Shown here piece after piece: positions 52,883 through 62,347 of a DNA stretch of 64,000 bases; the first letter of the stretch is position 1; the number at the start of each line of letters is the position of its first letter. Where the stretch lies: NCBI GenBank assembly GCA_965243205.1, contig CBDEUK010000002.1:1760001-1824000 (forward strand). Reading direction: 5' to 3'. This stretch comes from Gammaproteobacteria bacterium. GTDB taxonomy: Bacteria; Pseudomonadota; Gammaproteobacteria; Eutrophobiales; Eutrophobiaceae. The notes below the pieces were generated by a model that saw nothing but the letters and a program-made list of their open reading frames with translations, did not search any database and was not told the DNA's origin. The position numbers and the translations under genes are program-made.

Positions 52883-54865
52883 ATGAATAATGATTCTAAT
52901 AATTATTTTTTGGGCATCGACACGGGCGGTACGTTTACCGATTTCGTGTTAGCCGAAGGCGAAAATATACGCATTCATAAAGTTTTGTCCACACCTTCGG
53001 CACCTGAAAAAGCCATCTTGCAAGGAATTGCTGAACTTGGCATTAGTCTGGACGGTTTGAAGATAGTTCATGGCTCTACAGTAGCCACTAATGCTGTACT
53101 CGAAGGCAAAGGCGCAAAAACCGCTTACATTACGAATAAAGGTTTTAAAGATGTACTGCACATTGGTCGCCAAACCCGTAAAAAGCTTTATGACCTCACG
53201 CCTATTAAAACCAAGCATATTGTTGATAATGATCTGTGCTTCGAAATCGATGTTCGAATCACTGCCGATGGCGAGATACTCAACGATCTACAACAAGAAG
53301 ATCTGCAATCGTTATTAACAGAAATTCAAAATCACGACATTCAATCAGTTGCGATTAACTTCCTGTATTCTTTTTTAGATGAACGTCATGAACAGCAGGT
53401 CGCCCAAGAATTACCTAAATCACTATTCATCAGTTGCTCGCACGAAGTCTTGGCGGAAGCCAAGGAATATGAACGCGGTATTACGACTTGGCTAAATGCC
53501 TACGTTGGCCCATTAGTAAATGGTTACTTAAATAACTTACAGCAACAAACAGAGCCAGCTGCTATTAGTGTCATGCGCAGCTCTGGACAAACCACCAGTG
53601 CTGCGACTGCCGGTGAAGAAGCCGTACATCTATTATTGTCTGGCCCTGCTGGAGGTCTAAACGCTGCTAAATTCATTAGCCAGTTAACCAGTCAAAATAA
53701 ATTGCTTACTTTTGATATGGGTGGAACCTCAACGGATGTTGCGATGTTCGATGGCGAAATTGCTTTGGGCCAAACAGGCTGGATTGTGAGCTTACCCGTT
53801 TCAGTACCTATGATTGATATTCACACCATAGGTGCTGGCGGTGGTTCCATCGCTTGGGTCGATGCAGGTGGCGCATTACACGTTGGCCCTGAATCAGCAG
53901 GCGCTAATCCGGGCCCAGCTTGCTATAACCAAGGCGGCACTCAAGCGACTGTTACTGATGCAAATTTAGTTCTTGGTCATTTACCGAAGTCGGTGAAACT
54001 TGGTGGCAGTATGACTTTGCAGTTAAGAAAGGCCGAAGAAGCCATGAGTGATTTGCAGCAACAGGCTGACCTTGAATCCATCGAAAAGACAGCAGAAGGT
54101 ATTTTGCGTATCGCCAATGAAAAGATGGCCGAGGCCCTTCGGGTTATTTCCATTGAACGCGGAATCGACCCTGCAGAGTTTGCCTTGCTGGCTTTTGGTG
54201 GCGCAGGCGGTTTGCACATCTGCGCTTTGGCAGACTCACTAAATATGACTCGAGCTATCGTACCGATTCATTCTGGCGTCTTGTCTGCCTTGGGTATGTT
54301 GGCTGCGAACCCAGGTCGTGAAGTCTCGCGAACCATAGCCAAGCCTCTACAAGAAGTAAGCGATTCCGATATTGAGCATGAGATTCACTTGTTAAAACAA
54401 AAGGCTGAAACTGCCATCGGTGAAGAAGGTATTACTAAGGAATCACTCACTTACAAACCTAGCTTGGATATCTGTTTTCGAGGTCAGTCTTCGAGCCTCA
54501 ATGTCCCGTGGCAGAATCGCCAGCAAGTCATTTCTGATTTCGAGCATGAATACAAAAATCGCTATGGTCAGTTGTTGGATTCAGCTCTAGAGCTGGTCAC
54601 GGTTCGACTGAGTGTGAACGCTCACATGCAAGGAATAGCAATGTCTAAAACAGAAGTAAATACTCACTTGCCTCAAGAGTTTAGTGAGGTTTATAGCATC
54701 GAGCAGACTGTAGAAATTATTCCTCGAGCAGGTTTGGCCCCAGGAGAAAAACGTCTAGGGCCAGTGATTATTACAGATGCTGTAGCGACGGTTTGGATCG
54801 AGCCAAGCTGGCAAGCCGAGCTCGATGAATATGGAAATTTATTACTGATAAAGCTTGCTAAGTAA
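52883..54865 (+). CDS. hydantoinase A / 5-oxoprolinase ATP-binding subunit
   Basis: GIDTGGTFTD, HGSTVATNA, LSGPAGG, DMGGTSTDV, GAGGGSIA, GPESAGANPGPACY. Confidence 0.92.
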   Translation: MNNDSNNYFLGIDTGGTFTDFVLAEGENIRIHKVLSTPSAPEKAILQGIAELGISLDGLKIVHGSTVATNAVLEGKGAKTAYITNKGFKDVLHIGRQTRKKLYDLTPIKTKHIVDNDLCFEIDVRITADGEILNDLQQEDLQSLLTEIQNHDIQSVAINFLYSFLDERHEQQVAQELPKSLFISCSHEVLAEAKEYERGITTWLNAYVGPLVNGYLNNLQQQTEPAAISVMRSSGQTTSAATAGEEAVHLLLSGPAGGLNAAKFISQLTSQNKLLTFDMGGTSTDVAMFDGEIALGQTGWIVSLPVSVPMIDIHTIGAGGGSIAWVDAGGALHVGPESAGANPGPACYNQGGTQATVTDANLVLGHLPKSVKLGGSMTLQLRKAEEAMSDLQQQADLESIEKTAEGILRIANEKMAEALRVISIERGIDPAEFALLAFGGAGGLHICALADSLNMTRAIVPIHSGVLSALGMLAANPGREVSRTIAKPLQEVSDSDIEHEIHLLKQKAETAIGEEGITKESLTYKPSLDICFRGQSSSLNVPWQNRQQVISDFEHEYKNRYGQLLDSALELVTVRLSVNAHMQGIAMSKTEVNTHLPQEFSEVYSIEQTVEIIPRAGLAPGEKRLGPVIITDAVATVWIEPSWQAELDEYGNLLLIKLAK

Positions 54866-54875
54866 AGGGTTAACC

Positions 54876-56279
54876 TTAGCTAACAGCGTACATATTTTTG
54901 CCTTTTCTCTTGGCGGACATCAGGGCCGTATCGGCTTTTTTGATCACGGAGTTGTAATCCAAAGAACCTGTAAATTCGGCTATGCCGATACTGATCGAAG
55001 TAGCAGAAATAGCTTTATTCGTATCATTAGCTGAAGGTGCAGAATGATTTCCTACTTTTAAAATGATTTCAGTTGCGAGTTCTTCGGCACGATCTTTTTT
55101 GGCATTGACTAACAGAATAAGAAACTCATCACCACCATAACGGAAAACATAATCAGTCGCACGAACCGATTCATTGATTAAATCTGCAATGTTCTGAATC
55201 ACTTTATCGCCTTCTGGATGTCCATGTGTATCGTTAACTTGTTTGAAGTCATCCACATCTAACATCAATAACATATAAGGTGAGTTATTGGTTAGCGCCA
55301 AGTTGGTTTCTTTTTGTAAAATAATATCCAGGTAGCGACGACTGTAGAGTTTGGTCAGAGGATCACGGCAAGTTTCACTGGTATGAGCATGTTCGGTTAG
55401 AGAGGCTAAGAAAAATGCAATACGGTTAACGCTGTTTTCAATTTCTTGCACTATGGCTAAAAACGCATCCATCTCTTGCTTGTTTTTATATTCAACAATG
55501 GAATCCAGTTTATTTTCGATAACGTTTATTTCATTATCAATACCTGCAACATCCTCAGATTCATGAAAAATGACTTTTGCTTTATGTCGAACCCATAAAG
55601 CAAATGGTGCCTGGCTAATAGCAGGCAAGGCAGTTCTCACAATGTTACCAGGGCGCAACATGGTGCTTAAAAAATTAGTGTGCCAGCCATAAAGATCCGC
55701 TCGAACAGTTTGGCAAGCCTCAGCCAGCTCGGCACCAGCAATATGATTCAATAAGGCTTGTGAGCGACGTTCATTCATCAGTCGGTCATAAAGATAGGCT
55801 TCCATAGTAATCGACATACACGTATCGATTACCATAGTAATCTGAATAAATGTGTCATGGGTTTTGCGTACACTACGGCTATCATCTGTAATCAACTTAC
55901 ACAGTTGCATCTTGAGGAAGCGTGTACCTAAGTTAAGTAGGTGAGAAGGCATGTTCATGCGAACAAATTTACGGCCTACTTGTAATTGGTAATGAATAAA
56001 CTCAATTATCTGTTCATCAGAATCTTGATAGATAAATAATTTATTTAACCAATTTTTAAAGCCTAGCTTAACATCCGATTCAATTGTTTCTTTGTTGAAT
56101 AGATTATCGTTACCTTCGGCAGAAAGCAGTAAATCAAAATAGAGTTCAGAAATATGATCAGCGTTCTCTTGAACAACGTTATGTATTTCGTTGACCAACT
56201 CAGGCTCAGAACGTTGGTATATTTCTTTAAAGTGATCTAGGTATATCTCAGTGATGAGATCTTTTATATTCTCGTCCAT
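54876..56279 (-). CDS. DosC-like globin-coupled diguanylate cyclase
   Basis: Sensor-globin N-domain, middle domain FALWVRHKA, GGDEF domain (RYGGDEF) with RxxD I-site (RATD). Confidence 0.88.
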   Translation of the reverse strand: MDENIKDLITEIYLDHFKEIYQRSEPELVNEIHNVVQENADHISELYFDLLLSAEGNDNLFNKETIESDVKLGFKNWLNKLFIYQDSDEQIIEFIHYQLQVGRKFVRMNMPSHLLNLGTRFLKMQLCKLITDDSRSVRKTHDTFIQITMVIDTCMSITMEAYLYDRLMNERRSQALLNHIAGAELAEACQTVRADLYGWHTNFLSTMLRPGNIVRTALPAISQAPFALWVRHKAKVIFHESEDVAGIDNEINVIENKLDSIVEYKNKQEMDAFLAIVQEIENSVNRIAFFLASLTEHAHTSETCRDPLTKLYSRRYLDIILQKETNLALTNNSPYMLLMLDVDDFKQVNDTHGHPEGDKVIQNIADLINESVRATDYVFRYGGDEFLILLVNAKKDRAEELATEIILKVGNHSAPSANDTNKAISATSISIGIAEFTGSLDYNSVIKKADTALMSAKRKGKNMYAVS

Positions 56280-56320
56280 CTTATAAAACGGCTCTTTTTA
56301 TAGTTTATTATTAGTATTAT

Positions 56321-56343
56321 AAAAATGGGCTAAAGGCCCATTT
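56321..56343 (-). terminator. intrinsic terminator downstream of suhB
   Basis: AAATGGGC-TAAAG-GCCCATTT hairpin with U-run on the minus strand. Confidence 0.6.
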
Positions 56344-56397
56344 ACAAAACAGCCGAGATTATAAATTAATTGTTGTGCAATGCAACACTGTATGTGG

Positions 56398-57219
56398 TTA
56401 CTTATAATCTACTTTCCTTGGCACTTTGTATTCGTGTTGTTTCAACACATCTTTAAATAGCTTATGCATCTCGGTTTGCACATAGGTGTTCCCCGATAAT
56501 ACATCGCCCGTGTAGAGGTAGTTCTCACGACCGGTCATATCAGAAACTGCCCCACCTGCTTCCTGGATCAATAAAACCCCAGCTGCCATATCCCAAGGAC
56601 ATAAACCGAATTCCCAAAAGCCATCCAATCGTCCACAAGCCACATAAGCCATATCCAAGGCCGCTGAACCAGGGCGACGAATGCCCGCAGTCATTGGAAA
56701 TATCGCACGAAAGGTATCAAGGAATAAATCCAAACGCGCTTGTTCTTTGAATGGAAAACCAGTGCCAATCAATGCGCCTTTTAAGGACTTACGGCCGCTT
56801 ACACGGATCTTTTGATTATTTAATTGTGCACCACCGCCTTTGCTGGCGGTAAACAATTCATTGCGGGTCGGGTCGTAAATCACTGCTTGTGTGAGTACTC
56901 CCTTATGTTCTAAGGCAATGGAAATAGCGTATTGTGGAAAACCGTGTAAATAGTTAGTGGTGCCATCGAGCGGATCAATGATCCACACATATTCGCTCTC
57001 GCCAACCACGCCACCTTCTTCACCCAAAAAGGCATGGTCAGGGTAGGATTCTTTAATAGTATTGATAATCGCCAGTTCAGCGTTCTTATCGACTTCACTC
57101 ACAAAGTCATTCTGGCTTTTGGTTTCAATCTTTAAATCAGCGATTCGCTCGACATTACGTTGAATCACACTACTGGCAGCGCGTGCAGCTCGCACGGCGA
57201 TATTGAGCATTGGCTCCAT
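56398..57219 (-). CDS. suhB: inositol monophosphatase SuhB
   Basis: WIIDPLDGTTNY, IRRPGSAALD, WDMAAG; divergent from trmJ. Confidence 0.96.
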   Translation of the reverse strand: MEPMLNIAVRAARAASSVIQRNVERIADLKIETKSQNDFVSEVDKNAELAIINTIKESYPDHAFLGEEGGVVGESEYVWIIDPLDGTTNYLHGFPQYAISIALEHKGVLTQAVIYDPTRNELFTASKGGGAQLNNQKIRVSGRKSLKGALIGTGFPFKEQARLDLFLDTFRAIFPMTAGIRRPGSAALDMAYVACGRLDGFWEFGLCPWDMAAGVLLIQEAGGAVSDMTGRENYLYTGDVLSGNTYVQTEMHKLFKDVLKQHEYKVPRKVDYK

Positions 57220-57292
57220 GTTGTACCTCGATTAATTAAAGAAGTATTGTACGGTCTGAACCATTGATATTGAAGCTTAGAAAAAAACAAAT

Positions 57293-58024
57293 ATGAATAA
57301 ACCCAGAAAAGTCCGCATCGTCCTCATCGAAACTTCACACCCAGGCAACATTGGCGCTACGGCCAGAGCCATGAAGACCATGCAGCAAACCGAGCTCTAT
57401 TTAGTAAAGCCTAAGGAATACCCTAGTGCCGATTGCACCGCCCGCGCCGCAGGAGCAGATGACATCTTGCAACAGGCTAAAGTGGTGGAGACTTTAAGCG
57501 AGGCTTTAGAAGGTTGCTCCATCATCTTTGCAACCACCGCAAGAGACCGAGCCATGTCTTGGCCCGTGCACGATCCACGCGGTTGCGCCAATACCATTAC
57601 GCAAAGTAATGAAGAAGATAATGTTGCAATCGTTTTTGGGCGAGAACGTTCAGGCATGAGCAATAAAGAGATCGAGCTGTGTAATCAAGTCGTGATGATC
57701 CCAGCGAATGAAGATTACAGCTCACTTAACTTAGCTTCAGCAGTACAAATCCTTTGTTATGAATTAATGATGGCCAGTCAACAACTTTCAGAACATCCAG
57801 TCATCGAAAGAGACGAATACGAACGCTTAGCTACACACGATGAAATGGAAGGCTTTTATAATCACTTAATCGAAACCATGACCCAAGTTGGCTTCTACGA
57901 TCCCGCCCACCCCAAACAACTGGTTAGAAGAATAAAACGATTATTCAACCGAGCACAGTTAGAACAAACCGAGTTGAATATCATGAGAGGGTTTTTGACT
58001 GGGGTGGAACAGAAGATGAAGTAG
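57293..58024 (+). CDS. trmJ: tRNA C32/U32 2'-O-methyltransferase TrmJ
   Basis: TSHPGNIGATARAMKTM, FGRERSG, YSSLNLASAVQ. Confidence 0.93.
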   Translation: MNKPRKVRIVLIETSHPGNIGATARAMKTMQQTELYLVKPKEYPSADCTARAAGADDILQQAKVVETLSEALEGCSIIFATTARDRAMSWPVHDPRGCANTITQSNEEDNVAIVFGRERSGMSNKEIELCNQVVMIPANEDYSSLNLASAVQILCYELMMASQQLSEHPVIERDEYERLATHDEMEGFYNHLIETMTQVGFYDPAHPKQLVRRIKRLFNRAQLEQTELNIMRGFLTGVEQKMK

Positions 58025-58052
58025 GTTGTTAACAAATAATCTTCATAAAATT

Positions 58053-58892
58053 ATGAGTGATACTTTCCCTCCAAGATTACATATCGTATTTGCTAAAGAA
58101 AAACCACTTGCTGTTGTGTTTCGACGTGGACCTTCCAAAGAAGTGTGCACGTTTTTATGGAATAGAGATAAAAACACCTTTCAATTAGGTCAATGGTTAA
58201 AAGGCCGCATCTATGAAAGGCGTACAGATATATCGCCTGATGGAAAATATCTTATTTACTTTGCTATGAATGGTAAATGGGATTCAGAAACCAAAGGGTC
58301 ATGGACGGCGGTTTCAAAAGTACCTTGGTTAAAAGCATTGGATCTTTATGCAAAAGGTGATTGCTGGGAAGGTGGAGGATTGTTTTTATCCAATAAAGAA
58401 TATTGGTTGAATGATCGATACTTGTCAAAAGAAAACACACTTAAAAAGACCAGTCAGTTTAAACAGAATGAAAAATTTAAATTCGAAGAAATCTTTGGAG
58501 CAGAATGCACAGGTATTTATTATCCAAAATTGATGAGAGATGGTTGGGAATTGAAAAGGCGTGAAGAAAAAGATAAATGGAATAGTTGTACAGTGTTTGA
58601 AAAGAGAGCAACAAAAAAATGGTTGCTACGTAAAATAGCTCATGAACAAGTAGGTTCGCCAAAAGGTAAAGGTTGTTATTGGGATGAGCATGAGTTGGTA
58701 AATGAAATAACTGGAGAAAAGTTTATTCATAGTGATTGGGAATGGGCAGAAGTAGATAAAGAAACGATTTACTGGGCTTCTAAAGGCTGTTTATATTCAT
58801 TATGCATTCAAAGCCGTTCAAAATTGAGTGAACCAAAAATGCTGCATGATTTTAATGATTACAAATTTGAAGAAATCCAGGCGCCTTATTAA
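58053..58892 (+). CDS. hypothetical protein (Trp-rich, possibly beta-propeller)
   Basis: Long ORF; AVVFRRGPS, GQWLKGRIYERR.DISPDGKYLIYFA; start placed at the ATG. Confidence 0.75.
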   Translation: MSDTFPPRLHIVFAKEKPLAVVFRRGPSKEVCTFLWNRDKNTFQLGQWLKGRIYERRTDISPDGKYLIYFAMNGKWDSETKGSWTAVSKVPWLKALDLYAKGDCWEGGGLFLSNKEYWLNDRYLSKENTLKKTSQFKQNEKFKFEEIFGAECTGIYYPKLMRDGWELKRREEKDKWNSCTVFEKRATKKWLLRKIAHEQVGSPKGKGCYWDEHELVNEITGEKFIHSDWEWAEVDKETIYWASKGCLYSLCIQSRSKLSEPKMLHDFNDYKFEEIQAPY

Positions 58893-58989
58893 ATTAAGGA
58901 ATCGAAGCCATTTTTCGAGCTGTCATTTTAGTGTAAGGTACAATTGATAATATAAGTAAAAAAATATTCTGACACGGAGGAAGTTTGCT

Positions 58990-59961
58990 TTGAGAATACT
59001 GTCACTGTTTTTACTCTTTTCGGTTGGAACACTACAGGCCGCGCCATTAATTACGATTAATAATGTTGATGGTGGTGTTTTTATGGCTGATGCTGTCGAT
59101 ATTGACATATTAACTAATGAGATTTATTTCTCATCTCAAGTTAGACAGAATCTAAGAGGTGAAATTGAGTTTGTTCCATTTGATCCAGGAAACCCACCAG
59201 CACCATTACCGCCTTTCACGCCCGAACTTCCTTTTACAAAAAACCTGGAAATACAATCTACTAATCTCAGTAGCCAGATGGATGTCGATTTACAGAATGA
59301 TAGCAATGGTGCTAGTTTCAGTGTTCATACAGAACTGAACACTACGAATAACGTCAATCCACCTGGAGGAGAAAGGTTTACTATAGGGGGTAGAGATGGA
59401 ATCACAAGCAATTTCTTAATAGAATTCACTGCAGAGCAAGATAGTATTTTTTCAATTAATGCATCTACTTCATTGGACTATTTAACGACGTTACCAACCG
59501 TTAATGAACTTTTTCCTGAGCAAATGGCTGCGATTCATGGTCCTGACACCTCTACTCATCCTATTCTTCCTAGTTCCTATTTCAACCAGATCATGACGTT
59601 TGGCTTATTGGTTTATGATGAAGACGCTGATTATGGCGCACGTAACTTATTTTCCAACGATTTTGATTTGTCCAATAATGGTGAAGGTGGTCTAGGAGTA
59701 CAACAAGGTCAATTCAGTAGTGAACCTAATACCTTTAGCGATAATTTAATTGCAGGGAAAGATTATGTATTAAGTATGTATCTTTGGTCTCATGCTAGTA
59801 ACATTATAGTTCCTATTCCTGATGCTTATCCCGATGAATACGAACTTGCTATGGCGTCGATTGCAAATATTCAATTTACAGTCACTGCTGTACCGTTACC
59901 ACCAGCATTTGTTTTATTGTTATTTGCACTATCGAGTTTAAAGCTTTTCTCTCGTAAATAG
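58990..59961 (+). CDS. secreted protein with PEP-CTERM-like (VPLPPA) sorting signal
   Basis: GGAGG + TTG start, signal peptide, C-terminal TAVPLPPA-TM helix-RK. Confidence 0.85.
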   Translation: MRILSLFLLFSVGTLQAAPLITINNVDGGVFMADAVDIDILTNEIYFSSQVRQNLRGEIEFVPFDPGNPPAPLPPFTPELPFTKNLEIQSTNLSSQMDVDLQNDSNGASFSVHTELNTTNNVNPPGGERFTIGGRDGITSNFLIEFTAEQDSIFSINASTSLDYLTTLPTVNELFPEQMAAIHGPDTSTHPILPSSYFNQIMTFGLLVYDEDADYGARNLFSNDFDLSNNGEGGLGVQQGQFSSEPNTFSDNLIAGKDYVLSMYLWSHASNIIVPIPDAYPDEYELAMASIANIQFTVTAVPLPPAFVLLLFALSSLKLFSRK

Positions 59962-60050
59962 TTTTTCTTCTAAAACATGGTTTTGAATATTTGGGATCAA
60001 AGTAATAATTTAGATTAATTCATCATTTATCAATACGTTCTAAATGTTCT

Positions 60051-60076
60051 GAATTAAAGAGGCTGAGTCCTTTAAT
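60051..60076 (+). repeat. 26-bp quasi-palindromic intergenic element, copy A
   Basis: GAATTAAAGAGG-CTGAGTC-CTTTAAT; flanks identical to the copy at 62348. Confidence 0.7.
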
Positions 60077-60171
60077 TAAAATTAGGGTAATATGTTTCGT
60101 TTGAGGGCTTGGTAGAAGATTTATTCTTCCTATGTCCGTTAAGTATACCCAACCAGTGGTTGCCAAATAAC

Positions 60172-61311
60172 ATGTCGATAAAAAAAATAGTCTTGATTTC
60201 GTTACTTGCTATTCTTGTTGCTGTTGCGCTTCTATATAAAGTTTATTACCCATCCAAATCGATTCCTAAGTCTTTAAATATTTCTTGTTTTACCTATCGA
60301 GATATTAATCGGGACGGTAAGTATGATATGGGGGATAGGCCGTATGCGGGATTGATTATCGATATGGAAAGGCCAGGATTAAAACCGGTCACACAGGATT
60401 CGAACCTTGCTGGTTTTACCAATTTTAAGATGAGATTGAACGTCGATAAGTATGACGTTTATAAACCTGGTGAATACCAGGTTGCTGCGCAAACGCCAGA
60501 GGGTTGGCAGATCACTTCCAACAACGCTAATCAAACACTTCACTTTTCGGAGCTTGAGGGCTCTCCTGCAGGAATCGTTCTGGATAAAACCTGTGAGCCG
60601 ATTGGTGTTGCGCCTGAGCTAAGCATTAGTGGTTCGGTTGATATGTCGGCAATAGAAAAATCTTATGATTTAAATGTTAAGTCGGTATCAGGTGAATCGC
60701 AAAGCGTGTCTCTTTCAGAAGGTAAATATTTTTTACCTGCTTCTCCTGGGGATTGGGAACTTGAATGGATAGTGAATGACGAGACTGTATCCAGATCAAT
60801 AGTCGTTAAAGATTATGCTGTTGTTGTATCAGGATTTAATGTCGACAGGCATCAAACAAAGCCTAAAGGGAATCTGGTTAAAGCGGATTATGATACTTTC
60901 ACTATATCGGATTCACTCTATGAATTGCCTTTTGGTTATCTTAATTTGAATTGGGTTAATTGGGTTTCAACGCATCAAAAGTTATATGGAGGCGACGGTT
61001 ATCTCAACGCAACTATTTCGTCAGAATATATGACCTATAACAGTTCTGGACACTTAGGTGTTGTCTGGTCAGAAACACCTTTTGATTTTGTTGGGACCTA
61101 TGTTGGCGTTGCGTGGCCTCAAGCGGAAAAACACGATGTAATTTTTAGAGGTATGCGCGATGGAAAAATTATCTATGAGGATAAGATAAAAGCTTATACA
61201 GAAGGAGCGGTCTATTTTGATGCTGACTATCGCAATATCGATCGATTAGAGATTGGCTCTGCTGCTAATTGGCAAGTTGTATTGGATGACACAGAGTTTC
61301 GAACGCAGTGA
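60172..61311 (+). CDS. membrane-anchored extracellular protein with SdrD-B-like Ca-binding module
   Basis: N-terminal TM; YRDINRDGKYDMGD Dx[DN]xDG loop; PGEYQV..QTPEGW. Confidence 0.7.
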   Translation: MSIKKIVLISLLAILVAVALLYKVYYPSKSIPKSLNISCFTYRDINRDGKYDMGDRPYAGLIIDMERPGLKPVTQDSNLAGFTNFKMRLNVDKYDVYKPGEYQVAAQTPEGWQITSNNANQTLHFSELEGSPAGIVLDKTCEPIGVAPELSISGSVDMSAIEKSYDLNVKSVSGESQSVSLSEGKYFLPASPGDWELEWIVNDETVSRSIVVKDYAVVVSGFNVDRHQTKPKGNLVKADYDTFTISDSLYELPFGYLNLNWVNWVSTHQKLYGGDGYLNATISSEYMTYNSSGHLGVVWSETPFDFVGTYVGVAWPQAEKHDVIFRGMRDGKIIYEDKIKAYTEGAVYFDADYRNIDRLEIGSAANWQVVLDDTEFRTQ

Positions 61312-61354
61312 TAAAACATTTAAGGTTAGAGTAACAGTTAATTTTTATTCGATA

Positions 61355-61891
61355 ATGTTAAATACAATTTTACATTTTTGGTTTAACGAGATTGATGAAA
61401 AACAATGGTGGATAAAAGATCCAGCATTTGATGCATTGATTAAAAAACGCTTTGGTGAATTACATATTCAAGCAGCTCAATGCGAACTGTTTGAATGGCG
61501 AGCGACTGCTAAAGAGCGATTAGCTGAAATTATTTTACTCGATCAATTTTCCAGAAACATTCATCGTGATTCTGCCCTAGCCTTTGCCAATGATTCTTTA
61601 GCTCTGGCCTTAGCCCAAGAAGCCGTTGACAATGAATGTGACAGTGAATTAAATCCAATCGAAAATAGTTTTTTATACATGCCGTATATGCACAGCGAAT
61701 CGTTAATGATTCATGAACAAGCGGTTGAGTTGTATAAAAACAATGGCATTGAATCCAACTATCAATTTGAATTGAAACACAAAGCCATTATTGAACGCTT
61801 TGGTCGCTACCCTCATCGCAATAAAATATTAGGCCGAGAATCCACACCTGAAGAAATCGAATTCCTCAATCAGCCTGGTTCCTCGTTCTAG
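61355..61891 (+). CDS. DUF924 family protein
   Basis: ILHFWF, IILLDQFSRNIHR, FLYMPYMHSE, RFGRYPHRN.ILGRESTPEE. Confidence 0.92.
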   Translation: MLNTILHFWFNEIDEKQWWIKDPAFDALIKKRFGELHIQAAQCELFEWRATAKERLAEIILLDQFSRNIHRDSALAFANDSLALALAQEAVDNECDSELNPIENSFLYMPYMHSESLMIHEQAVELYKNNGIESNYQFELKHKAIIERFGRYPHRNKILGRESTPEEIEFLNQPGSSF

Positions 61892-61993
61892 GAGATTAAA
61901 ACGATTAGAGCCCTGTATTACTTAACTATCTGACATCTTAAGTTTTTCAGCTATACTTAAAATATCAACTGACTGAGAAAGAGGAAAAATAAA

Positions 61994-62338
61994 ATGAATT
62001 GTTCAGAAACTCATTCCCATCCAGAGCATAAACATGGACCAGACTGCGGCCATACCGCCGTCAAACATAACGGTCATGTTGATTATATTCACGATGGCCA
62101 CCTCCATCATCCTCACGAAGACCATTGTGATGAGCATGTCATTGAAGTCAGTGAAGCAAACCCAAGCGAATGTAAGCAGTCATCGAATGGTTGTGGTGAA
62201 CATGTGCACGGGCCAGATTGCGGACACGAAGCTATTCCTCACGGCGACCACGTTGATTACCTTGTGAACGGTGAACTACACCATGTGCACGATGGACATT
62301 GCGATAGTCATGGGTTTGTGGAGTTAGTAAACGCTTAA
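61994..62338 (+). CDS. His/Cys-rich two-repeat putative metal-binding protein
   Basis: 114 aa with 24 His and 7 Cys; two HxHGPDCGH..A..H..HVDY...G.LHH.H..HCD.H repeats; GAGG SD. Confidence 0.85.
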   Translation: MNCSETHSHPEHKHGPDCGHTAVKHNGHVDYIHDGHLHHPHEDHCDEHVIEVSEANPSECKQSSNGCGEHVHGPDCGHEAIPHGDHVDYLVNGELHHVHDGHCDSHGFVELVNA

Positions 62339-62347
62339 ACTTTTTAA

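Noticed and set aside
61253-61354. N-terminal extension of DUF924 from TTG; likewise the long track starts for ftsX, rpoH, both M16 genes and the 60109 ORF
   Set aside because: These extensions overlap upstream genes or spacers and lack family similarity; downstream starts fit better
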